Below are positions 39,001 through 46,921 of a DNA stretch of 64,000 nt, in pieces. Positions within the stretch are counted from its first letter, which is position 1, and each line of letters opens with the position of its first letter. Made by a program: the position numbers and the translations under genes. The notes beneath the pieces are model-generated. The model worked only from the letters and a program-made list of their open reading frames with translations, was not told the origin of the DNA and did not search any database. The DNA is from Flavobacteriales bacterium. Its GTDB lineage: Bacteria; Bacteroidota; Bacteroidia; NS11-12g; UBA955. The stretch is taken from contig CANHTS010000001.1 of the NCBI GenBank assembly GCA_947463435.1, forward strand, positions 3,700 to 67,699. The letters run 5' to 3'.

Positions 39001-39063
39001 CTGTGCATTAGCGGCCGTGATGCCGGCGGCGAATGCAATAAGGGTAAGAAATTGTTTTTTCAT
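36001..39063 (-). CDS. T9SS type-A cargo, beta-solenoid-like surface protein (paralog B, 1020 aa)
   Basis: Signal MKKQFLTLIAFAAGITAANA-Q; colinear with paralog A; CTD VFPNP..FAAGVYF..QRVIRN. Confidence 0.85.
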   Translation of the reverse strand: MKKQFLTLIAFAAGITAANAQCGGAQTRTWDGGGADENFFTPENWTNNTVPDCNDNVAFGNASNKNCEIPDSFITTGIINVNPDYKGRIVVSGTATVIEAAGFNMDATVVTFNPEIGHCRFGSVSVGSNGMMNYSSRAGMSISATLTLDAGGFISFRTGSTVNLNALVVNAFSQMKCPEKGIVNITGNIQKAKISTFDARSSTWNINSAVSQSVSASHGGSGANTSAGTIKFWNVNLNKPAGTVPNPDNWSLTDGTDTVIIENRLTVIAGDLASGQFMFHDTLELLGEGRDGHSGTIYCGGNKTADLILNNNLTKGSSGMPLIVKKESNGSILNFRKGSHSEVTMPAAIINAERGTIAFPDDVTVNIPNRAFTIGANATLDMPAAATVKMDATTISILGTVVPNQSTLEFTGTNTVSTSFGGGARRAFYNITANTANASAPVVIGSNDTLEVLNDLVIKAGMFSYTGTASDEAVVYVNGDLDVQSSVSANTYSSGQIIVLGGNANTEYRGDALIQSGRIIIDKASSSNVVSAVATGNTISVGATNGTNNGLDVRRGTLSFDNKDAVIATGVGASVKFLVGANGRVEAPATDTLTIRGSWNFANRNALNAKSGTISLGTSTNQYNINGAAVIFNNLLVNTIGTRTFNSTDSVIVKGNLRQTSGAFNGANLVFEGNFTSSSGSMAMTTVKAMGGNNQTISFNDDDLIRDEGLTLDKTAGTVTCASAVRLNRLRLTNGLLNSGGQTLTIFGANSILGGNSTSFIEGAVTISSSSAWSGSRYFIPVGRGNKYRPVQLHASNTTNVWTVTYVASDTATDLGNAGTHGIDAFSTSEYWIVARSGGGASTNAAFVQLSTLGKDAGWNDANIRIARWNASASTWSNYGPNTGASSDMVLASTSDWTSNGTRVFTIGVDNVPAPIALHNEGISGNELNLVNNTASGNSQAMAQSAISFNVFPNPVAETLNIALSGADKGSITLSDLSGKVLGVYSAETRSINMSNFAAGVYFATFSNGSQRITQRVIRN

Positions 39064-39111
39064 GTTTTATCAATTGACGCGGCAAAGATGGTAAAGACCC
39101 TGCAGTTGTGT

Positions 39112-39129
39112 TGTAGTAAAATTTCTACA
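39112..39129. promoter_or_regulatory. Palindromic putative operator TGTAG-N8-CTACA upstream of paralog B
   Basis: TGTAG taaaattt CTACA, starting 49 nt upstream of the start codon. Confidence 0.65.
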
Positions 39130-39446
39130 TTGGTGTTTATCGATCGTTATGGAGTAGTTGTATGATCCTATAATTAAACATAATTGCGGCAACGTTGGAG
39201 AGTATGGAACAAATACATTGACAAAAAATGTCGAAAAGAACAGAATAGTTATTGGAAACATGGCTTAATGAAACGGTCCAAATGGCGTAACATGAAAGTG
39301 CATCAAGATGTAAGATATAGAAAATCAGATTGTTAGAGCGGCTTGCATGAAGACGAATTTACAGTTAGTGAAAGACAATCCGGTAAAAGTAGCAATCTTT
39401 CTAATAACGAAAAGCAATAATCCGGCTTCAAAACTGCATTGGTTAG

Positions 39447-40340
39447 TCAGTCGATCCGCAGTAAGCGCTCACAATGGTGGCCGCTATCAGTAAAAAAGTG
39501 CAGGTAATAAACCCCTTTTTCGAAACGTGCAAGGGAAATGCTTCTGGTACCTGCCGGAAAATTACCGCGCATGCATCCACCTGCATCAAATAGAAGGAAG
39601 AGGGCGGATTGGTCATCGAGTACCGGCAAGTAAATGCTATCCCTGCTTGGATTGGGGTAAACGCTGCATTTCATGGGAAGGTTGGCTTGTACAGATTGTT
39701 GTTGGCGCCAGATGGGTATATCTGTATTCACCTCATCCACCCACAACACGCTGCCGGGTTGCGCAGGCTTGCGGTTCGCAATGACGGCCTTGCTGCTGGT
39801 AATCACAACTTGCACGGTATCGGGTGTTTCATTCGTCTTCCACCAAACCGGCACATTGGCTGCGGTCCAATTCCGCACCGTATCACTCACTTCCAAATAG
39901 GCAACACCGATGTCTTCCTGCCTGTTTCCCCTGATTTTGCGGAAAACCAATGCCAGCACTGCTGTATCGCCTGGTGAAGGGTAATAGCGGTAATGAAAAC
40001 TGAAATTCGCCGGCCTGGTATTGCAAGGGTAGCCCGGCGCAGCGTCGCGCTCTCCCGCGAAAAGAATTCCTGCCAGGGTATCGCGCAGGTTCAGGTCGGG
40101 CGAAAAGCAGGAAAGCGTGGCAATCCGCGCGCACACTTTCCCGGCAAAAGCCTGTGAGTCGGGGCGGATGAAATCGCTGCAGCCGAACTCCGACAAGATA
40201 TTGAAGGTGTTCCAATAAAACGGCTCGAAATAGGTTCCGGTATTCACCCAATCTTCAAAGCCACCATTGGGTATTTCGGTGTGTTGTGCCTGGATACTAC
40301 CCAGCTGCAGGATAAAAACCAGTTGGAGATATCGCAACAT
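39447..40340 (-). CDS. T9SS cargo with PCMD-like (putative carbohydrate metabolism) domain
   Basis: IPNGGFEDW, RP..FSFHYRY.P..GDT, PDTVQVVITSS, GSVLWVDEV, then CTD VYPNP..KGVYYL. Confidence 0.7.
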   Translation of the reverse strand: MLRYLQLVFILQLGSIQAQHTEIPNGGFEDWVNTGTYFEPFYWNTFNILSEFGCSDFIRPDSQAFAGKVCARIATLSCFSPDLNLRDTLAGILFAGERDAAPGYPCNTRPANFSFHYRYYPSPGDTAVLALVFRKIRGNRQEDIGVAYLEVSDTVRNWTAANVPVWWKTNETPDTVQVVITSSKAVIANRKPAQPGSVLWVDEVNTDIPIWRQQQSVQANLPMKCSVYPNPSRDSIYLPVLDDQSALFLLFDAGGCMRGNFPAGTRSISLARFEKGVYYLHFFTDSGHHCERLLRID

Positions 40341-40408
40341 TCGTCCGAATGTACGAATTTCGAAGAAAACGATGCAACCGGTTTCGTCTTGTGTCGACCA
40401 AAAAACGT

Positions 40409-42151
40409 ATGGACCGCAAATCGTTCTTCCAGCAAATCAGTTCGGGTCGGAGAGAATCCAGTCCGGAACAGCTTTCCGTCACAGCCATACCAGCCGAACA
40501 GCTCGCACCGCGGAAGCAAAAACAGCAAGATGCAGCGCAGCGCACGACAGGCCGGCTGAGCACCGGCGTCACACCCTATACAGGCACTTTTACGGAAGAT
40601 CAGTTGCGGCATCTGTTGCGCCGCACCTTGTTCGGTTTCCGGAAAACGGAGTCCGATGCTTTCAAAGGAATGACGGCCTCCCAGGTGGTAGATCTGCTCT
40701 TAACTACTTCCACAACAGCACCAACGCCGCCTGTCAATAATTACAATTCAGGCACTTATACCGATCCGAATGTGCCGGCCGGAAGCACCTGGGTGAACGC
40801 TTCCTTTACCGATGGAACGGCGAATGCGCTTCGCAATTTCTCTCTTAAAAGCTGGTGGATGGGCCTGATGCTGAACCAGGACGCCACCATCCTCGAAAAG
40901 ATGGTCCTGTTCTGGCACAACCATTTCGCCACCGAAATGGATGTCGTGGGCGATGCGCGCTACAGTTACCTCACCAATGCCATGTTGCGCAAAGACGCAA
41001 TGGGTAATGTGAAGACCCTCGTGAAAGACGTTACCCGCGACGCGGGCATGTTGATATACCTGAACGGTTATCTCAACTCGAAGAATGCGCCTGACGAGAA
41101 TTACGCGCGGGAGTTGCAGGAGCTGTTCACCGTCGGCAAAGGTCCGAACAGCAAATACACGGAAGACGATGTGAAGGCTGTGGCGAAAGTGCTCACCGGC
41201 TGGCGCATCAACCGCCTTTCGGCACCGGCTTCGGCGGTGTATTTCGACCCGACCCGCCACGATACCGGCAACAAGACGCTTTCTTCCTTCTATGGTACAT
41301 CTGCCGTCATCACCGGGCGCAGCGGAACCAATGCCGGCAACGATGAATTGAACGATCTGGTTGATTTGCTGTTCGCCCAGCGCGAAACAGCTTTGCATAT
41401 CTGCCGCAAGCTCTACCGCTTTTTCGTGTACTACGATATCGATGCACAGGCTGAAAACGATGTGATTGCACCCCTGGCCGATACCTTTATCAACAGCGGT
41501 TTTGAAATCAAACCCGTCCTGTCGCAATTGCTGAAGAGTGAACATTTCTTCGACAGCCTGAACCAGGGATGTATGATCAAATCGCCGGTGGATCATATCG
41601 TTGGATTTCTCCGGCAGTGGAATGTAGCCTTCCCGGCCTCATCCAATATTCCGGCGCAATACGGCATGTGGAACGATGCCCGCGCCTTTTGCCAGATTCA
41701 GGGCATGGACATCGGAGATCCGCCGAGCGTGGCAGGATGGCCCGCCTGGTATCAGGTTCCGTCCTATTACCAGCTGTGGATCAATTCGGATACCTTCCCC
41801 AAACGCAACCAGTTCCAGGATCTGCTGATCAGCACCGGATACACGTCGCGCAGCGGGAAAATCATCGCCGACGTGTACACCTTTGCCCAGCAATTCCCCA
41901 ATCCGGAGAATGCCGACAAGCTGCTCGACGATTCCATCAAACTCCTCCTGCCCATTCCACCCGATGCCACCATGCGGGCTTTGCTGAAAGCGAATCTGCT
42001 TCCCGGCGGTATTCCTGATTTCAACTGGACAGACGAATGGAATCAATACAAAAACAATCCCGGCAATACGCTCTTCAAGAATATCGTCTATACCAAGCTC
42101 ATCATGCTGTATAAGTCGATTATGAACCTGGCCGAATATCAGCTTTCCTGA
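40409..42151 (+). CDS. DUF1800 domain protein
   Basis: HLLRRTLFG, EKMVLFWHNHFAT, MLIYLNG, PDENYARELQELFTVG, LTGW, PPSVAGWPA. Confidence 0.92.
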   Translation: MDRKSFFQQISSGRRESSPEQLSVTAIPAEQLAPRKQKQQDAAQRTTGRLSTGVTPYTGTFTEDQLRHLLRRTLFGFRKTESDAFKGMTASQVVDLLLTTSTTAPTPPVNNYNSGTYTDPNVPAGSTWVNASFTDGTANALRNFSLKSWWMGLMLNQDATILEKMVLFWHNHFATEMDVVGDARYSYLTNAMLRKDAMGNVKTLVKDVTRDAGMLIYLNGYLNSKNAPDENYARELQELFTVGKGPNSKYTEDDVKAVAKVLTGWRINRLSAPASAVYFDPTRHDTGNKTLSSFYGTSAVITGRSGTNAGNDELNDLVDLLFAQRETALHICRKLYRFFVYYDIDAQAENDVIAPLADTFINSGFEIKPVLSQLLKSEHFFDSLNQGCMIKSPVDHIVGFLRQWNVAFPASSNIPAQYGMWNDARAFCQIQGMDIGDPPSVAGWPAWYQVPSYYQLWINSDTFPKRNQFQDLLISTGYTSRSGKIIADVYTFAQQFPNPENADKLLDDSIKLLLPIPPDATMRALLKANLLPGGIPDFNWTDEWNQYKNNPGNTLFKNIVYTKLIMLYKSIMNLAEYQLS

Positions 42152-42157
42152 TCCTCT

Positions 42158-43738
42158 ATGAAAAGAAGAAACTTCCTCCGCAATACGGCAGCTGCCGGCG
42201 CTGTGCTCCCCTTGAGCATTGCCGATTTGAAATTCCGGGCTTACGGACCCAATGCTGTTCTGGCCAGCCTGGCGCGCGCCGCTGCGCAAACCGATCGCGT
42301 GCTGGTGCTCATACAATTGAATGGCGGCAACGACGGCCTGAATACCCTCATTCCGCTCGACCAGTACAGTAATTTGTCCAAAGCGAGGCAGAATGTCCTG
42401 ATTCCGGACAATAAAGTCTTGGGATTGAACGGAAAACCCGCCACCGGCTTGCATCCGGCCATGACGGGTCTGCAAGGCTTGTACAACAACGGACTGGTTT
42501 CGGCGGTGCAGAACGTGGGTTATCCCAGCCCGAATTTCTCGCATTTCCGGTCGATGGACATCTGGATGTCGGCCTCTGACAGCAGCGAAACCTATACCAC
42601 CGGCTGGGTGGGCCGCTATCTGGATAATGTCTTTCCCGGCTATCCGACAGGATATCCCACAAGCGCCATGCCCGATCCGCTGGCCATCCAAATCGGTTCA
42701 GGCGTTTCGCTGGCCTTCATGGGCGAGAACATGAACCTCGCGATGGCCATTACCGATCCGTCGAGTTTCTATAACCTCGTTACCGGTTCTACGGGCACTG
42801 CACCGAATACGCCGGCGGGCAGGGAGCTCACCTATGTGCGCACCATCGCCCAGCAAACACAGCAGTACGGAACGGCCATCAAGAACGCTGCAGACAAGGG
42901 CAAGAACCTGGCCACCTATCCGAGCGGAAACCGCCTGGCCGATCAGCTGAAGATTGTGGCCCGTTTGATCCATGGCGGATTGAAGACACCGGTCTACATG
43001 GTGACGCAGGGCGGCTACGATACCCATAGCCAGCAAGTAGATTCGGCCGACACCACCAAAGGCGCGCATGCAACATTGCTGCAGCAATTGTCGGATGCCA
43101 TCAAAGTCTTTCAGGACGATCTGACCCGCCTGGAAGTGCAAGACCGCGTGGCGGGCATGACCTTCTCTGAATTCGGCCGCCGTGTGATGAGCAATTTCAG
43201 TACCGGCACCGACCATGGTGCAGCCGCTCCCTTGTTTGTATTCGGTACCAAGGTAAATCCGGGCATCATTGGCAACAATCCGGTGATCGCTTCGACAGTA
43301 ACGGTAAGCGACAACGTACCGATGGATTTTGATTTCCGTCAGGTTTACGCGACCGTATTGAAAGATTGGTTTGAAATGAACGATGCGGAGGTGCGCGATG
43401 CCATGGGCGGCAAGACCTTCCAGACCTTACCGATATTCAAAGGTGGCAGCACGCGGATCGAAGACTTTACGGATCTGTTTGCCCGTTTGTCGATGGCGGA
43501 TCCCTATCCGAATCCGGCGCGGGAACAAACCACGGTATCTTTCTTTACCGATGGCGGTCAGGTGTCCATGTACCTTTATGACGCGATGGGCGTGCGCATT
43601 CGCACCCTCGCCTCCGGGAAACACAGGGGCGGCAACCACGAGGTGCAGGTAGACCTGAGCGGGCTCCGTCCGGGCAATTACTTCGTGCAGTTGGAACAGG
43701 GTACCCAGCGGATTACGCGGATGCTGTTTGTGCAGTGA
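42158..43738 (+). CDS. DUF1501 domain protein with twin-arginine signal and T9SS CTD
   Basis: MKRRNFLR; LVLIQLNGGNDGLN, NFSHFRS, GGYDTH, FSEFGRR, GTDHG, DFRQVY; C-terminal PYPNP..LRPGNYF. Confidence 0.92.
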   Translation: MKRRNFLRNTAAAGAVLPLSIADLKFRAYGPNAVLASLARAAAQTDRVLVLIQLNGGNDGLNTLIPLDQYSNLSKARQNVLIPDNKVLGLNGKPATGLHPAMTGLQGLYNNGLVSAVQNVGYPSPNFSHFRSMDIWMSASDSSETYTTGWVGRYLDNVFPGYPTGYPTSAMPDPLAIQIGSGVSLAFMGENMNLAMAITDPSSFYNLVTGSTGTAPNTPAGRELTYVRTIAQQTQQYGTAIKNAADKGKNLATYPSGNRLADQLKIVARLIHGGLKTPVYMVTQGGYDTHSQQVDSADTTKGAHATLLQQLSDAIKVFQDDLTRLEVQDRVAGMTFSEFGRRVMSNFSTGTDHGAAAPLFVFGTKVNPGIIGNNPVIASTVTVSDNVPMDFDFRQVYATVLKDWFEMNDAEVRDAMGGKTFQTLPIFKGGSTRIEDFTDLFARLSMADPYPNPAREQTTVSFFTDGGQVSMYLYDAMGVRIRTLASGKHRGGNHEVQVDLSGLRPGNYFVQLEQGTQRITRMLFVQ

Positions 43739-43811
43739 GGCGTTGAATTTCTGAGGTTATCGCCGCCGGCGTTGACAAGGCCCTGTCCATCATCCCGGAT
43801 TCCAGGCCAGC

Positions 43812-43882
43812 CCCGGATTTGCACGCTTCCCGATAATCAGGGACACAGCCGAATTCTCTGCGGTCTTTGCGTGAAACCCGGA
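43812..43882. repeat. Solo copy of the stem-loop repeat unit found at 21767-22210
   Basis: cccggaTTTGCACGCTTCCcgaTAATC...TGCGGTCTTTGCGTGAAACCcggg: both arms present at about the same spacing. Confidence 0.8.
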
Positions 43883-44345
43883 CTCTATCCGTGGTGAAAC
43901 GGGACCCATGGTGGATGATGCGCTTATTGATCTTGCCGTAAACCGTCCATTCGATGTAAGCAATTTCTTGCTGCCGATCTCTGGTCAGTTAGCTGCGCAG
44001 CAGGGCAAAAGCTCAGGGCAATGCCAATCCAGTGGTCGGGGCCACAGCAATACATGCAGCGTTGTTTTGCCAGGGAGCAAACTGTGGGACCTGAAGGACA
44101 CGAGGGACGTAAAGCATTCGGGAAATTCGTCTATTTTTACTCCTTCGATCTGCATGCCAGGCAAATCTGGCTGGTGGGGTCAATTTCACGGAATAGGGGG
44201 GCAATATCGCCGGAATACACAGCTCTCGAGTTGGAGGTTGGATTGCCCATCAATTTTGGAGCAAAAAGCTTACAGCATAAACGAATTGTGAACCGTAAGT
44301 TCCACCAAAAAAATCAAGGAAATTCTGCAATCAAACAAATCATAG

Positions 44346-45407
44346 GTACAGACAATTGGCAACGAAACTGACAGTACAGCTTTACTTGGCACCATCAGGC
44401 AACTGATAGAGGAAAGCCGGCAGCAGGTTGCGGTAGCTGTAAATGCTACCATTACGGCCTTGTATTGGCAGGTAGGAAAACGGATAAAAGAAGAAGTGCT
44501 GCAAGAAAAGAGGGCTGATTATGGCAAGCAAATTGTCTCAACGCTGGCTGCCCAATTAAAAGCGGAGTACGGTTCAGGCTGGAGTGAAAAACAACTAAGA
44601 CATTGCCTGCGGTTTGCAGAAATATTTCATGAGGAGCCAATTGTCTCTACACTGTGGAGACAATTGAGCTGGTCGCACATGAAGGAAATACTTTACATTG
44701 AGGATGCGGTAAAAAGGGATTTTTATATCGAAAGGTGCAAATTAGAAAAATGGAGTGTACGCACATTCCGTGAACGCATCCAATCCATGCTATACGAACG
44801 CACTGCCATTAGTAAAAAGCCCGATCTCACCATTCTAAACGATCTGAACCAACTAAAAAATGAAAAGCAACTGAGCCCGGATTTGGTATTCAGAGACCCC
44901 TATATTCTCGATTTTCTCGGTCTGAAAGACACTTATTCGGAAAAAGATTTAGAAACTGCCATTATTGCCGAATTGCAAAGGTTCATTACTGAATTGGGTA
45001 ACGATTTTGCTTTCCTGGCACGCCAGAAACGCATCAGTATTGACAATCGGGATTACAAGATTGACCTTTTGTTCTATCATCGGAGGCTGAAATGCTTGGT
45101 AGCCATCGACCTGAAACTGGGTGAATTCGAAGCCGGTTTCAAAGGGCAAATGGAATTGTACTTACGTTATTTGGAAAAATACGAAATGGTAGAAGGCGAA
45201 AATCAACCGATTGGATTAATTCTGTGCGCCGGTAAGAATGAGGAACATGTCGAATTGCTTCAATTAGACAAGAGCAATATCAGGGTAGCGGAATATCTCA
45301 CCGAGTTATCCAACAAATTGCTTCTGCAACAAAAATTGCATCAGGCCATTGAAAATGTCCGGACCCGTTTGTTAAACCAATATAATACGGACAATGAGCA
45401 GGCATGA
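44346..45407 (+). CDS. yhcG: DUF1016/YhcG PD-(D/E)XK nuclease family protein; start codon unresolved
   Basis: LYWQVGKRI, YGKQIV..L, LSWSH, WSVR, RDPYILDFL, ELGNDFAFLARQKRI, IDLLFYHRRL.CLVAIDLK, GQMELYL, PIGLILC. Frame is open from 44346; first ATG/GTG/TTG is TTG 44460. Low GC. Confidence 0.9.
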   Translation, partial: VQTIGNETDSTALLGTIRQLIEESRQQVAVAVNATITALYWQVGKRIKEEVLQEKRADYGKQIVSTLAAQLKAEYGSGWSEKQLRHCLRFAEIFHEEPIVSTLWRQLSWSHMKEILYIEDAVKRDFYIERCKLEKWSVRTFRERIQSMLYERTAISKKPDLTILNDLNQLKNEKQLSPDLVFRDPYILDFLGLKDTYSEKDLETAIIAELQRFITELGNDFAFLARQKRISIDNRDYKIDLLFYHRRLKCLVAIDLKLGEFEAGFKGQMELYLRYLEKYEMVEGENQPIGLILCAGKNEEHVELLQLDKSNIRVAEYLTELSNKLLLQQKLHQAIENVRTRLLNQYNTDNEQA

Positions 45408-45579
45408 AGTTACCCCGTTTTTCGAACCGGCAATCAGTTGGAAGTCAAAGGTGGTTGTTTAGTTTGAGAAAAGCAATGGGGCTTATGTTCTTCAGTGCCT
45501 GATGCAGGTGGTTTTGATTCCAACCTTGCAGGAACCGGCAAGTTAAATCACGCAGTACCTCAATGGAAGCAAGCAAGCT

Positions 45580-46623
45580 TCAGTTTTCATGCTTGAACGG
45601 ATGCCTTAGCTCCCATTCAGGCAAACGCGTAAACCGCGCAGCCAGGCGCAGCACCGCTCTGCGGAAGATACAGGGCGTGTACACACTGATCCATTCTGCT
45701 ACCGGACGCGCCCCGAGCGTACTCTTGATCTCCGGTGCCGTCTTGCCAAGATGCAGGGTCTTAAATCCACCTGCAATGGCTGTTCCCACCGCATCGTACA
45801 TCATGCGCTGATACAAATGCATGCGCTTGTTCGCGTCAGGTTCGGTGCAGGCGTGCAGCGCGTATACAACATCCTCCTGTTCAAGCAAGGTGATGAAGCC
45901 AATAGGCTGATCGTCTATCTTGTAACAGTAAAAACCGAATGCATCGCCCCAGCGATCGAACTGCTCGGCAAAGAACTGCACGCTGACTTCGCCTGTCTTA
46001 AAGGCAATCTTGCTGTTGAGCCGCTCCAGCATCTGCCTGAAGGCCGGACGGCAATGCATGAACTCTTCCTTGCTCAGGCGATGCGCGCTAACTCCGGCTG
46101 AAAGCTGGTAAACCCTGTTCGTCCGGATCCGGTACTTGCTGCTGAAAGTGGACTTATAGTCTTCAAAATCCGTCCATTCCGGCCGTATTGGCAACACCAT
46201 TGAGGGCTCCGCCTGAAAATGCACCCATCCTTTGCCTTCGTATTTGCCACGCGAGGCGGCCATGCGTGCCTGATGTTGTAACATCAGCTGCTGCACTACG
46301 CCCATCGATGGCCAAACCTGCCCCAGCATCGCCTCGGGATAATGCAATTCGCCCGCCATCAGCACCTGAAGATCACCGTGCAAACGACTCAGGAGCCGAC
46401 TGAGGCGTTTGCCCAGGTAACCGGCCCAGGTATTGGATTCGATGCGCAGTACATTGAAATGGCGCTCGCCTTCCGGCAGCACCAAGCGAAAACTGCGCAA
46501 GGCGCCGCTGGCTTCGGCACTGTGCACCCCCTGCACACTGGTAACTGCTTCACTGCTGCGCGCCGAAAGGCCGCAGAACCGAGGGGCTTCACTTAAACCG
46601 GAGGAAGGCATAGTTCGCAACAT
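45580..46623 (-). CDS. Hypothetical GNAT/FemAB-like acyltransferase-fold protein
   Basis: EPSMVL..W.DFEDY...SSKYR.R, IGFITL, LYQRMMYD, LHLGKTAPEIKSTLGA; start uncertain. Confidence 0.65.
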   Translation of the reverse strand: MLRTMPSSGLSEAPRFCGLSARSSEAVTSVQGVHSAEASGALRSFRLVLPEGERHFNVLRIESNTWAGYLGKRLSRLLSRLHGDLQVLMAGELHYPEAMLGQVWPSMGVVQQLMLQHQARMAASRGKYEGKGWVHFQAEPSMVLPIRPEWTDFEDYKSTFSSKYRIRTNRVYQLSAGVSAHRLSKEEFMHCRPAFRQMLERLNSKIAFKTGEVSVQFFAEQFDRWGDAFGFYCYKIDDQPIGFITLLEQEDVVYALHACTEPDANKRMHLYQRMMYDAVGTAIAGGFKTLHLGKTAPEIKSTLGARPVAEWISVYTPCIFRRAVLRLAARFTRLPEWELRHPFKHEN

Positions 46624-46921
46624 AACAACGGAAATTGCGTTTCCGTTTGTTCAATCCCGGAACATGCATCGAAAAATCTATTCCGGCCCAAAATCCCTGT
46701 GAAATCGGACGTAAACTGCATTTCCTTCTCTCACCATAAAGGTCCATTATGTCTCGTTCAGGAAATGCCCGATTTCGTTGGGCTTTTGTCCCTCATGACG
46801 AATTTTCGACGCACGATCCGGGATCACAAGACAATCCTTTTCTTTTAATCGGTCAAATCATGGTTTTGGCATATTCACTGCGCGGATGTCGATTCTTAGG
46901 TTCATTTTTGGAGATTCGCAC

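Noticed and set aside
43908..44371. ORFs between the solo repeat and yhcG
   Set aside because: No recognisable family on either strand; could be a gene remnant but I cannot support it.
44346..45407. Defence island or full mobile element around yhcG
   Set aside because: Only one gene; no integrase, transposase, methylase, tRNA site or terminal repeats seen.
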